Source of the DNA: Octopus sinensis | Lineage: Eukaryota | Direction: 5' to 3' | Assembly (NCBI RefSeq): GCF_006345805.1 | Contig: NC_043005.1 | Location: 60,636,001-60,700,000 of the forward strand | DNA: 64,000 nt | Shown here: positions 13,717 to 28,010 of the stretch, one piece after another | Layout: every line of letters begins with the position of its first letter | How positions within the stretch are numbered: position 1 is the stretch's first letter | Position numbers and translations under genes: made by a program | The notes under the pieces: model-generated | The model's database searches: none | Told to the model about the DNA's origin: nothing | Seen by the model: the letters and a program-made list of their open reading frames with translations, nothing else

Positions 13717-14639
13717 GTTAATTTAATTGCTTGAATTGAATAGTGATTATATTTTAGTGATTATATTTAATGTTGCCAAAATTTATCAAAATTCCGAACG
13801 CGAAGCTGAGCTAATAACAAATCACAATCTTTTCACGTGCGGTTCAGCAAAATAGCGATTGAATCAAGAAGTACCAGATTGGAGTAATTCGTGAGATCAA
13901 TATCATTGACGAAAGCGCTTTCGAAAATAGTCACAGCTAATGAGTGAATCACTTTATAAAACCTTTCTAAATTTGGATGCTATTTATCCGAATAGTCTCC
14001 CTCGTTTCTAACAAAGTCGTTCATTTCGGAGAATACTTCTCTACAATAAGTCACGCATAAAGCAGCAGAATCTCGCAGAGAACAATATGGATATGTGTGT
14101 AGAGAACTCGATACGTTATAGATTCTTCACAACACCGGTTCTTGTCTACCAACTACACGTCATTTTATAAAGCAAAATTACAAAGGTTCACACTCAAACA
14201 TATCCAATCTTCGTCTCGAAACCTACAACCTGCCAAGTTCTCTTTTACTCTCCAAACAGTTATCTTTCTTCAATGACGTCACTTAAACATGTGTAACTAC
14301 TATAGCACTGCTAATTCCTCTCACTCTTCAATTTTCCCACAATGTTCTGGACTAGAAATGAAAATAAATCTGCTCACACCATGAAAGATATGGTCTAAAT
14401 TATTGCACACTCTTCCTCCATATACACCAGATATATATATGATGCTTCTCTGGTTTGTTTCAAACTGCGCTTGGTATAACCTACTGATGATTACATGAAT
14501 TAGTAGTCAGTTTTCCGATTTCACCTTCTACATATGTAGCATGTAAAATTACCGAAAGCGGTATTCTTAGCACTCTTTTTTCTCATTTATTTTATATGTT
14601 GCCTCTTTACTTTTTCGGTCTTGAACGTTTGATCGAATA

Positions 14640-14779
14640 AATCAACTCTGGTACCTTTTTTTAACGTATGGTATTTACACTGTCGATCAGTGTTTGCAGA
14701 GTCGTTAAGTTACGAGGGCGTAAACAATTCCACACCGGTTGTCAGTTGGTGGTGGGGAACAAGGAGCAAATCTACACAC

Positions 14780-14861
<82 letters not shown>

Positions 14862-15020
14862 TATATACACGACAGACTTCTTTCCAGAACAACTCACAAA
14901 GCTTTGTTTGGCCCGGGCTACAGTACAAGACTGTTGCCCAAGGCGCGACGAAGTGAGACTGGATCCAGAATCTTGTTGTTTGGAAGCTAGCTTCTTACCA
15001 CACTACCACGCCAGCACCTT
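14640..15020 (-). mobile_element. Diverged SINE family A
   Basis: Same layout as other copies with internal (TA)n at 14782-14867; ends CTTCTTACCACAC on the plus strand. Confidence 0.75.
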
Positions 15021-15955
15021 CATAAACTCTTTGATTTAATCTTGTGATATTTTGCAATATTTTGTTACCTATTTCAACTTTGTGCAGCTCAAATATTTGA
15101 AATATGCAGGAGAAAGTAAGCAGAAAATGTTCCAGTATTTATTCTACATTACAGTAAAATCCTTATTGTCACCACTCTCGTCATTTCCTCTCAAAACTAG
15201 TTCATTTTATGCGGCTATTAATGAGTCTCAATTTTCTATTGAATTTAACAGCTACAGACATTTATTTGGTGAAGTTAATAATATTTTCCTGCATGAGAAC
15301 GGATAATTGATTTAGTTTTCAACTGAAAATTCTGTCTGACATTTTTAAGAGTGAGAGTAGTTACCCAGGTTATTTAGGAAAATATTAGGTTACGCATCAA
15401 TTTTCATCGTACAGTAAGTCATTATGAGGGAAAATACTATATCCTAAAGTCTTGGTCCATTAGACTTTAAGTATTATGTGTGTTAGCTATGGGCAACCAC
15501 AAAACCTTTTGGAGTAGAATGTATGCTCAATCAATTAGCCAGATATATTCATAATTTTGTTGATGTATACATAATTTTGATGCGGCTCACTGCAGTAATA
15601 ATCCAAACTGCACTCTTTGAACATCACTTGAATTGTCGATAACTGAAATTAAATTGAAATCTTACACTGATTCGATGAACGGTCACTCTAAATTATAGGA
15701 GAACATTTCTTAAAATTATTAATTTCTTTTCAAAAACATCAAACCATCGAATTAACCGTTTTGTTCCTATACTGAGCATCGTCCTTGATATGTTTCCTTG
15801 GTCTTTCATAAAAGTTATCACAAATTTCAATTTTTATTTACTAAACAACTGGTGCCCCAGCATGGCCGCGGCCTTCGGGCTAAAACATTTTTAAAGGATT
15901 TTAAGGATTTATATACAAATTTATCCAAATATACACACAATCACATACACACACT

Positions 15956-16018
<63 letters not shown>

Positions 16019-17078
16019 CATACGTGCATGCATACATACACATATATATGTTTAAACCACTTATTGCCTAAAAACTGACACACCTGATAAACACACCCAA
16101 TTAGAAAGGTGTACATGCTGGAGGGAACTCTGAGATTTAACCTTCACATTTTAAAAACAAAAGGTTAAACACGCTATTAATATACAGCTGAAATTAACAG
16201 CAATTAAATTGAGAGATTCAACTGCTGACTTATATACAACTTCAGCCGAACTACATGCTTCTGTGAACCCTTATGACCTTATGATAACGCACACTAATTT
16301 ACATTCCTGATTACAGTGTTCTACATTCATGAATATAAATTCGATCTAAATAAAGCACAACCGCAATGTTAATCACTAAAAATTCTCCAAAACATCTTTC
16401 AATCACAACCTACCATACAACCTAATTATAATTTAACAGAACTCCACTTATCTACAAATTTTTAAATTATCCGAGACTATATAAAAACACATTGAAATTA
16501 AAGTTACCACGTTCCAATCATAGATTATTTGGCCGAAACTTCGAAATCACTGTTAATTCTATTATTGTAAAAGAAAAATGAATTTGTAGTCTACAAAATT
16601 TATTGAGTAATCTTTCAATTTAATGAAACATTCTTTTCATTATAACATAAAAACAAATATTAATATATATAACAAAATTTTTCATCAACCGTTACGTTAC
16701 ATCCATTTTCATTCTCCAGAAATTTGTGAATCGCGGGATTCATTTTCAATTAAATAAGAGAATGCAACATATGGATAAAATTGTTCAGTATATATTGCAA
16801 GAACCTTCCTCTCTTTCCAATTCGCTTTTGCCATGTATATTAAACTTTAGCTCATTGCATTTTCGCTAGCAATGTTTCTCCTGCCACTACTCTGTTATTA
16901 CAGGGGAGAAAACTCATACGGGGACATGATACACATACAATGAGCTAAAACTTAAGCTCACAAAATAGGAGCACATACTCAGACGTTCTCACATAGATAC
17001 ATACAAAATTGTATAACATACATTCATACATAGATACATATGTTTATATATGTGTGTGTATGTAAGTATGTATGTATG

Positions 17079-19310
17079 ACATTATTCAGTTTTATTTCAC
17101 GATTTCTTGCCAATAGAGAAAGAGCCAGTTTCCTTGGATCTAACCTAGATCCAAGGCTACTTCATTGGAATTTCAACAACATCATCAGAGCATCTCGCAT
17201 GTACATATGTATTTATGTATGTATGTATATATGTATATATGTATGCATATATGCATCTATGTACGTGCAGATTTGTATGTTTTATGTATGTATTCTCATG
17301 CATAGAGTTAGATATCTCGACATGCTCATATATATTTAAATGATAAACTTCTGGAATGTTTTACAGGTTTTTACAGTTCCATTGATGAATTGGATCTCTA
17401 GGATTCGAATTAGCTTTCTTTTTTCTGGTTTTGAGAAGCCTAATTTCTCAAGATTGGCTCTTAGGTGGTGTGTTACATATCCCAGGACTCCAATAACTAC
17501 AGGTACAAACCTGAACTTGTAATCTGAATTGACTAAATGCAGATTTCTCAGTAGTTTAGCATAGCTGTCCTCTTTTTTCACTGATCTTCAGTTTTATATT
17601 TACATCAGCTGGGCAGATAATTTCCACAACTGTGCGCAGTTTGTCTTCTTTATCCCAAATTATTATATCAAATCTGTTGTGCTTACATTTTATTGCGGTC
17701 TTCCACCAGTATTCCTTTTCATTATGAATGCTATAGCTTCTATGGTATTTATTTCCTTGTCCTCGGGATTATCCAAAGTGCGACTACTTTGGGCATGCAT
17801 TTAATCTTATCAGACAAGAAATGTTTCACAAGTTACTGCCTTCCAAGTCTTATAATGTTATCAGCCTCATGTATGTAAACTTGGTCAAGCAATGCACTTC
17901 TACACGTAGTGGTTAAAAGATGTTGCCAAAGGGATATGATACAACATTCAAAGGCAGTCTAGATCGATGTTAAACCTCCGCTGTCTCGTTTTCGTTTTAG
18001 GTAGAGCGGTCTACGTCACTGATTACGTGGACATTATATGTGTTTGTTAGTATTTTCCTGGTTTTCACAACAATGGCTCGGATTTCATCGAATGAAGCAG
18101 CCTAAATTTGGTATGAGTATTTGCACTGCAAACACATTGTGGGCCAATACTTTATTGCATGCAGAGAGCTACGATGTCCAAATTTTCTTTATTCTTCTGT
18201 AATATTATTTAGTGACACTTTTTTTGCTACAGGTGCCATTTTAAGATATGTTTTCATCCACCCCTAAATACCTGTAACATTCCTCATCAGATGTAGGGGA
18301 AATAGTTAAATCATTGATGGAGATGTTATTAGTGTGGTTTATAGTTTTACTTCTTTTCACAATTATATTGCAACATTTATCCTGGCCAAACTCCAACCAT
18401 GTATTCTTTGAAAATGTTGTAACCAGGTGAAGGCTCTTTTTCATTTTATTCATATTCTTTGCATATAGTTTCCGTCATCCACAAGGAAACATTGTGTAAT
18501 TTCGGTATTTCTGTTTCCTTGTGAAACAGTGAGATATCCTTCAGACTTCCTTAACATCAATAAGTAGGGATTTACAGAAAGTATAAACAACATCACAGAG
18601 AGGCTGTGTCCCTAGGATACGCTTCTTCGATACTGCATTCTATCAGTGATCATACAGTTACTCCTTGTGTTTAATTTTACGATAGTGATCCACGTTGAGG
18701 TCAGGTCATCTATGGCTTTGGCTATTCTCACTGTGACTTTAGCAAGTTGAAGAGCTTCTAGCATCCATGAGTGGGGAACAGAGTAAAGGCCGTTCTCGTA
18801 GTCTGGCCACATTGTAACTAGGTTCCTTCTCTGCTTCCCCACCTCTGACATGATAATTTTGCTTATTAACAATTGCTCAGTACGTCCACTGACTCTCTTC
18901 TTCCCAACACATTGTTTTGCAGTGATGAAGTTATTGGTTTCACAATAGTCTTGAAGGAAGAGTTGTATATATCTTATACATCGAGTTCTGGCATGCAAGT
19001 GGCCGGGGTTTTTTTTTTTTGTCATGTGGGTGATTTTGCATTTGAAGATCAATTTTGTCTCTTCCAGAGCTAACCAGTGCGGCATGTAACTGTTCCCATT
19101 AAGAACTTGCTGGTGCAGGTTGATAAGATATAGTCGGTAGAAGGTTAGATTCATGTACCAATCGCCAACAATCGAGTCTCGTTCAGGTACTTTTCCATCT
19201 TGAAATTTCTGGATCACAGTTACAAGGGTATTACCGTCAAAGCAGCACGTATTAGGTGTATTGCAGGGACAATAACCTCTTCGAATTTCTTCCAACCACA
19301 GAGTATAATC
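17079..19310 (-). mobile_element. Degenerate 5'-truncated RLE-type LINE (distinct family) flanked by (CATA)n
   Basis: EQLLISKIIMSEVGKQRRNLVTMWPDY...VPHSW (18612-19295); LEFGQDKC...YRYLGVDEN (18241-18453); FVPVVIGVLGYV...GTVKTCKTFQKF* (17336-17581). Confidence 0.82.
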
Positions 19311-20166
19311 ATGTATGTATGTATGTATATATCAGGTCATGTTTGGTCTGAAATTCTGCGAAGCTCATGCTGTGGGGGTGGGGGGGCTAATGAACTACTC
19401 AGGCTGTTATATACTCCGCGTTGTCACAATACCGACAAACCTAGATTAACTCTTACCTAGTTCTCCACTTCTCTGTTCAATTTTGAATAATTTTAAATTG
19501 GCTGAAGTTACGGACTTATTTTTTCTGGTCAGAATTTATCGTATTCTAATACCTAACCATACCTGTCATCTTAATTAATAATAATATCATGGTCCGCCGT
19601 ACTACTTTTGGTAGCACATTTGTATTTATTCCGATTTGAATAATTTCGACTAAATATCGAAATTTTCAGCATTGCTTTTCAGTTAATTATTTCTAACGTC
19701 ACTTATTTTCCTTAATTCACCACAGAATACCTCAGCATCCAAAAACTTTTAAAAACTATGCAGCATTTTAAAATATTAATTAATATATTGACATTGTTGA
19801 TTATATCCTTTTTTTTTTTCCTTTTAGTACTTAAATTAAGAGAAAGCATTCGAAAATTTCATATTGACGCCTGATTTATTAAATAATGTATATATAAAAC
19901 ATCCCCACATGTAATAAGTGCTGCTGAATCAAGAGAGTAAATTGCATGAAATTACCGCGATATTCTAAACAGTCACCATTCATTTAGCAGCATGTGTATT
20001 GATTTCCAACTTATCATATTCATTTACATCTTAAGAAATGTATGAACGTAATATGTTCGACTGAAAGCTAATGCAAAGTATATGCAAATAGCTAACAAAA
20101 TTTCTATCAAATTATAACATAAACAAACAATTCCAATGTTAAGAATGATAATAGAGAATCTCTTGA

Positions 20167-20167
<1 letters not shown>

Positions 20168-20237
<70 letters not shown>

Positions 20238-20250
20238 TACATATATATAC

Positions 20251-20345
<95 letters not shown>

Positions 20346-20487
20346 ATATATACATATATATATATACATATATATATATATACACACACATATATATATA
20401 TATATATACATACGCATATATATATATACACATATATATATACACACACATATATATATGTATACACATATACACACACACATATAT

Positions 20488-20518
<31 letters not shown>

Positions 20519-20530
20519 CATATATATAAT
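20168..20530. repeat. Interrupted (TA)n/(CA)n microsatellite
   Basis: Directly visible. Confidence 0.97.
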
Positions 20531-23105
20531 GCAGATCATTCAAAACATTATAATTTAGCCAAGTGGACACGACATTTCTTGTGTTCTTTCTGTTTAAATT
20601 GTTACAAATAATGTTTTATGGAAATATCAAATTTAATTAAAATGGAAGCCGTAGTAGGAATGTGATACATTACGTTCGTGCGTTTTCTACAAAATGTAAT
20701 TTAGAATAAGTGAGACTATTTCAATCGCTAAGACAAACTGAAATATAGATTTTACACCGTAGGCTTCTTTTTGTTAACCAATATCATTGCCGAGATGAAT
20801 TGTTACAATAATATAATGTATGTAAGTAGGAGCACAATGAAATGTATGCAAATGGAGATTACATACCACGTATATAGATATAGAAAAACGATGAAATAAA
20901 TATATGTCAATTTGTATATGAGTCATTCCAAAACGCACTAGTAGTCTCTTTGTTCATAATATATCTCCGTTAGTTTTTCCTGTCCACTGAGAAAAATACG
21001 AAACGTTGCAAAATTTCCGACGTCCAGTCACTGTAGATATAAGTTATTATAGCAAGCTAGATTCTAAGCATTTTACAAAGATTCTAATGTATGACATATA
21101 ATAGGTGCCTTAGCGTGCGGAACAAGTTCGATAAACTTATATTCTCTCTTAACGACTTTTAGATTTAGTTTAATATTGAATACTATAAATTAAAACTTAG
21201 TGTATCTAAAGTAGTCGAAAATATAGAGTAAGAATTTTGTAGAATATGCGTCAGTGGTTTATATAACATGTTTAGAAATGCTCTATGTATGTATCGACAC
21301 TAGATAATGTCTATCCATATACTTATAAATAAGCGTCAAAGGACCGAGTGAATATACTGATCTAGGAATTAAGAGCAATGTAAAATTCGCAAGCGCTTCG
21401 ATAACATGCAATTGTCAGATAAATAAAATTGTTGGAGTAGCTTGGAAAGAAAGCCCACTCTGCTACGTACAGATGTCTTAGGTAGACATCATAATGATAA
21501 CTAATTTTCTACAGTTTGGTAGGTTATAGTCACCAAAATCTAATTCTGACGTAAGGTGCACAGATTGTATTTTTCGACATAAGACATGAAGTAATTCTGT
21601 TTTATAGATAAGTACAAAACTAGGCTTCCATTTTTAATCATAAGTAACCATTAAAATACCATTAAAATTGCATTAAGCTTTTATCGTCATGATTAATGCC
21701 AAATGCATAAGAACAATTCTTTTTGTTTATTTTTGCCAAACCAAACTTTGACAAGAGTAAAGATGCAACTGAAAATTGAACCCGAGTGACAGTTTACTTG
21801 AGCCAGGTAACATTGTTGTTGCTTAGCTCCCGATCAACGTCGTGATAGAATTATGATCAAAATATTTTCAGCGATAACAATCACCATCTTGTTTTAAGAC
21901 ATATACGAGTATGTTATAAAAATGATGGAAGTTTGCTGCTTATAATAGTAATAATGATTGCATATGCATTATATTTGGCATGCTTCATTTGCCAGTACTG
22001 AAACAATCTGCACATATCCTTATTTTACAGTCAGATAGGCTACTAAGAAAATGCGTAATATAAAAAACCAAAAGTCATTAATTTTGATGTTTTTATTACA
22101 TAAACCTCCAGTTTAATAACCAACCGCCCGAAAATATTAACGGTTAATATATATTGTTGCATATTAGAATACGAATCGATGAATGTTGGAATTTTAAAAA
22201 ATATAATAGACGCTGTGTTTCAAATCTGGTGCGCATCTCGTTTATTATCATAAATATTAACTATATTGAAACATCAGGAATGGAACGGTTTATGTTTCTG
22301 CTGAATTGCTGATTATATATGAAGATAATAAGATATTAGTTTAATTTCCTTTCACTCTATATTTATTACTACGTTTACAATAGTTGTAGAATTTGTGGTA
22401 GTGGATTATCAAAATCCTCGGCGATCGAGCAAAATGTTTGTGGTACTTTATCTCACATTTTACGTTCTGTGTTCACCTATCACTGAGATTAAAATTGCCT
22501 CGCATCCACCAGGGTTATATAAAAGAAATTATTAGTTGAATGTGTTGATCGATTTGAGCGAGGGACAATCTACTCCAAAGGTTGAGACAAAAACTCTATT
22601 ACTACTTTTGATTATTTATATTTACAAATATGCTTAAATTTTCTTTTGTTGTTTAATGGGAGAAACATGTGAATACTGGTTTGGACTTTTTACAAATGTT
22701 CATACATACGAATAATTCACAATAGCAGAAGTAGCAGCAACAACAGCAGCAGAAAACGGCATATATGCATGTATGCATCCATGAGAGAAATTAGGTCCTT
22801 CAAAAAGACTTCTTTAATGGCACACCCCAAGCCGGATTTCGTGTTAAACCGGGTTACGGATTAGTGCTACTGTCCATGTATGTAACGTTTAAACGAACAC
22901 TTTTACGTCGATTAATAAGGTGTGTACAATGCTGAATACGATATATTAAATAAATGTGTTTAGATACAAAGATATATATTGATGTATACACACACGCGCA
23001 CATAATTATATACAGGTGTTTCTTAATGTTCATTACATAATAGGCGTTAAATCATCCGTCACACATATATAAACTTCACATATAGATACATACATATATA
23101 AACAA

Positions 23106-23168
<63 letters not shown>

Positions 23169-23429
23169 TATATTTATATATATATATTTTCGAAAAATCT
23201 CACTATATGTGTGTGTGTGTACGCGTGTGTGTGTGTGTGTACGCGTGTGTGTGTGTGTGTGTAATTGTGCTATAACATTACTAACAGACTATTCTTTAAA
23301 ACCTCTCGTACCAGATTAAAATATCAACTCTGCTACAAATAGCAAGAAGTTTCATTTTATATCCACAGACAATAGCGTTAGTGAGCACAAGTATTAACGT
23401 TGTAGTTGAGAAAAAGTTAGCAGACCTAA

Positions 23430-24070
23430 GAACTGGAAGTCATCCGAGTATTAGAATATATTTTACCTGCATCATTATTATTCGCACCGGCTGTCAAACC
23501 GCCGACATCCTGACTGCTGCTCAATTTTCTATAAACGATGTAAAGGTAGTAACACGTGGAAGGGACAGCATGGAAACCAATTTTTTCAAAACTAAGATGG
23601 TCTTCGGGTGTGTTTCCAGCGACGGTGACGATATGCCGGCCCACGTCTTTTGAACAGGTGCGTAGGCTCAATTTAGACGGTTATGAGAAGCTGTTAGAGA
23701 ATCTAATCGAAACTTGGCTGTAGAGAGTTGCTGCTCGAAGTTTATATTAGGGGCTGCAGAATCTGTTACAACAACATCTCTTCTGAAAGAGATGGGCACT
23801 TTTTCAGATAATTTTTACGGTTTCACCAGCTCCGATTTCTGTTATCCTAATTCCTCTGATTGTAATTCCATGGATTACTATGTGTGTCGAATAGTGAAGA
23901 AATACACTAACCGCTCTGACTGCAATATCAAGACCGAGTAGGTGACCAAGATGAAAGAGGTGTTCAAAGAACTTTCCATGGCCACGCACATTGAAGAACA
24001 TATATCCCAGGCTCCTGGTGTGTCTTGATGCCTTGGTGGAAGCTGCGGGCGGCTACCTAGATTAAACTTT
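23430..24070 (+). pseudogene. Tc1/mariner-superfamily transposase relic (maT/DD37D-like), internally deleted
   Basis: TKMVFGCVSSDGDDMPAHVF, then YPNSSDCNSMDYYV (WPPNSPDxNPxDY-like) and ALVEAAGGYLD*. Many stops; TIRs not convincingly found. Confidence 0.75.
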
Positions 24071-25273
24071 TATCTCCGAGTCATGATCCAGTTAAATTTT
24101 GTTGATTTTTTAACATACTTTAAGAAATGGGTAATTGTGCTTTGCGTCCCGTTTATGCAAACTCTCAAATTTAGCCCAAACAACCATTATGTATATAAAC
24201 GTACATGCATAATGTACAATTTAACTGTCTGTATGTTTCTCTGTGTGCGTATGTATATATATGTGTGTGAATATATATGTGCATGTATATGTGTATGTAT
24301 ATATATATGCATATATGTGAGAGCGTGTGTCTCTATATATGTGTGAGTATGTGTGTGTATTTGTGCGTGCGTGTAAATTAATGTAAACATACAGGTCAAA
24401 TAAAGCAAATAAATATCCCGCATATGAGCTGGAAAAAAAATCAATTTTGGCCAAAAAAACTTCTTTGCCCTAATTCATCTTGAAATTATTGAAACATAGA
24501 TAATATTCACAAACTACTAGAACAGATTGCCGGCAAAGATGTAAAGAGTTTGGTCAGAAACATTATGAAAAATGAAGTAAAGTTTAACAGTTCTATTTAA
24601 GTTTCAGCTTCGTGACTTGAATAAGATTTTCCTTCAAATTATATTTCGTCCAAGAGTAGTTCTTTTCAATTACGAGTTAACGAATTAACCTTTCATACAC
24701 TTGAATCGGAAGGCAATCTATTTTATTCATGATCTTCTGTTAAATCCATCTTTTCACAATGTAGCATTTCCAGCAAAAGATAATTTACGAAAAGTCAAAT
24801 AAGTCTTGAAAAGTAATTATTATTCTTGTAGTTCCTTCCTAAATGTGATCAATAATTTCAATATTTTCAGCTTGCGAAAGTTAGTTCTAAGTTCACTTGT
24901 TGGCCTCACAGAGCGGCTGACATTAACGATGCAGTGTTACATTTATAATGCATATACCTTACGGAATTTTTAAATATTATTGCTCTCGTTAATTTTGTTC
25001 GTCTTTTCTAATTCCTAAAATATATGTACGTGCATATGCACAACCTCACACATACACGTACTCACTCACATACCCATGCACCCACATGCACTCACATATA
25101 TGTTAGTATACATAGGTGTTATATATACACACACACACACATATATATATGTTTACCTATCAGTATATCGCTACACACACAAATATATATACAGAAAAAC
25201 ACATATATATTTATGTATATATGCATTTATGTATATATATATATACATATATATATATATACATATATATATG

Positions 25274-25321
<48 letters not shown>

Positions 25322-25559
25322 CATATATATACATATATATACATATATATATATTTCCATCTGCAGGAATTTTTTAAGTTCTGTTTCTGTTATGATATCT
25401 CCACTGGGAGAACGAAGCACGTACACATATACTTTTACACGTACGTTTGTTAATTAGATAGTCTAGCTCGACCGGTACGTTTTCCATAGCTCAATGTTTT
25501 TCAACTGCTTTAAATTTCCCATAATTTGATATTGTACCTCAGCAACTCGATCGAGTTCG

Positions 25560-25980
25560 AGCACTAATTCGTCTCTATATATTGTAGGCCTTATTACTTA
25601 CTCTCACCAGCATCCATATATATCTCCCGAACTATGGTCATCACATAGAATAAAATTGATGGTGGCAATCAAAGGAAACCTCAACCCACTTAAGTATTTG
25701 CATCTAACATTTTTGGCAGGTTTGTGACATCTCCAGGGTTGTGTATCACAGATGAGAGTTTTCTGACATCTGCATAACTTGAAAGAGAGGTTTTCTATAT
25801 GGCTGAAGTCCGGGCTGAGAAGAACACAATAAAAAAATGTCGGACCCAAGACACTACTCTTCAACACGCCACTCATTATTTGTGCTTTCTTTGAAGTGTA
25901 TCGCTGGCTATATAGCCTAACTTCTTTCTTTTAGAAAATAATGTTGCCACTCTCCAGATATCCCATTTTGTTGACATCAG
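25560..25980 (-). pseudogene. CR1/L2-like RT fragment
   Basis: SGVLKSSVLGPTFF resembles SGVPQGSVLGPLLF; heavily decayed. Confidence 0.55.
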
Positions 25981-26689
25981 GTACACACATACATATATAT
26001 ACATGGTAGGGGGTTTGCTCCCCTATTTGCAATCCATAACAGGTGCAGATTGCATTGATAAACAGATGGAGGAGACCATATTGATATGATGATAAAAATT
26101 ACTTCTAAATATATATACAACTTCCATCTCTAATAGAGATTTTCTAACTATACACTTTGCTCGTTGCAAGACCAGTCACTGACTCTCGCTTGGTTTTCTA
26201 TATACTGCAAGCAATAGCGAATTCTTGCTATCTCTAGTTGCCGGCTGCTCATCACCGACGATAGACACAGATAGCCCGAAACCGTTCGGTTTGCTAGAAG
26301 ATGGTAGGATTCACACCCTGCCTGCGATATATATACCAGGTGCAGACTTCATCCATAACCAGCTGAAGGAAGTTCTAATGGGGTATAAAAACGGCAGTTA
26401 CGTCGAACAGCCATATTGATGTGGCGATAAAGATTTATTCGCAGTATACTTAATACTTTCATCGCTTATAAAGATGTTCTGAGTGTGTGTGTTTAAGTAC
26501 GCATGTATGTATATATGTATATTATGAGGTTTTACTGTTTTGGGTATTAGGCTCAAGATCATAAAGAGGTGAGTTTAATAGCGGGCGATGCGTTGTGCTC
26601 TTGAGTAATTAACTTTATTTCACATAGCGCCAGTCAATTAAGCAGGCAACGGTGAGTTGTACTTGAAAATCAAAATGCTAGGTTTGCCA

Positions 26690-26880
26690 AATTTCGAGGA
26701 AAATTGTTAGCATGACTGGCAAAATTCGTAGCGGTATTTCGTCCGTCTTTACATTTTGATTTCAAATGCCGCTAGAGTTGACTTTACCTTTTAGTCTGTC
26801 GGGGTAGATAAAATATGTATAAACTGAGCAATGGGATCGAAATTTGTCGAGATGGCCTCTTCTACGATATTGCTAACCAT
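26690..26880 (+). mobile_element. Diverged SINE family B
   Basis: TAGCGGTATTTCGTCCGTCTTTAC...TTTCAAATGCCGC...GTTGACTTTACC...GGGGTAGATAAAA aligns with 33565. Confidence 0.65.
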
Positions 26881-27514
26881 GTACAAAAATATGACTCTAA
26901 TATGTACAAAATATATGTGTGTGCTATGTGTGTATGTGTGTGTCGTGTGTGTGGTTCATGTATGTGTTCGGAGAGAGAAACAGACAGAGAATGAAAGATA
27001 GACAGACAGACAAGGAGACAGAGAGATAGATAGACAAACAGATAGATAGATAGATGGATAGACAGATAGATATATAGTTAGATAGATAAACAGATAGTTA
27101 GATAGACAAATAGATACACGCACATACAAAGAGGGGCATGCAAAACGTGCCATAGCTCTGTATGTCTTTTATGCGCAAAAATTATGACAGAAAGATAAAC
27201 ATCCACTTTGTATATCAAAAACAATGTGTTAGCATTCTGATGGTGAGGAATCGAGTTCCATGATTCCGATATTCAGTAAATCTTTACAAGAACACATGTT
27301 ATTCCTCACTTTTAGTACTGAATTTGGTGAGGGAGACTATTAAACATCCAGCAGAATGTGCCCAAGGTTGATGTTGCGAATATTATAGATATACACGCTC
27401 ACACAAAAAAAAGCATACACAAACACACACGCATGCACATATACACAGATACACACGAACACAAACATACACAGACACACAAACAAACAAACACAGACAC
27501 ACAAACAAGCAAAC

Positions 27515-27595
<81 letters not shown>

Positions 27596-27722
27596 GGTAC
27601 ATACACAAAAGTAAAAATATGTATATATACATACATGCATACAGATATATGCATGTACATGCAAACGCTACGCATATCTCTCTATATACATCTACATGTG
27701 TGAGGGTATGATATGTATATGT

Positions 27723-27795
<73 letters not shown>

Positions 27796-27961
27796 TATAG
27801 ATATATTTTATATATATATAAATATGTATGTATGTATATATGTATGTATGTATGTTTGAGTGTGTGTGTACATATAGATATGTAAATATATAGGCAGACA
27901 GTGTGTATCTATGAATATATGTATGTTTATAGAGACAGTCTGTGTATGATACAGAGATAGC

Positions 27962-28010
<49 letters not shown>

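Noticed and set aside
17160-17195. CTGATGA...GAAA on the minus strand as a third hammerhead
   Set aside because: No stem II and no U-H cleavage site in register.
26225-26419. 64-aa ORF in GC-richer sequence, with a GTGATGA box-C-like motif on the minus strand
   Set aside because: No start ATG, recognisable domain, splice support or matching box D; probably an unidentified repeat.
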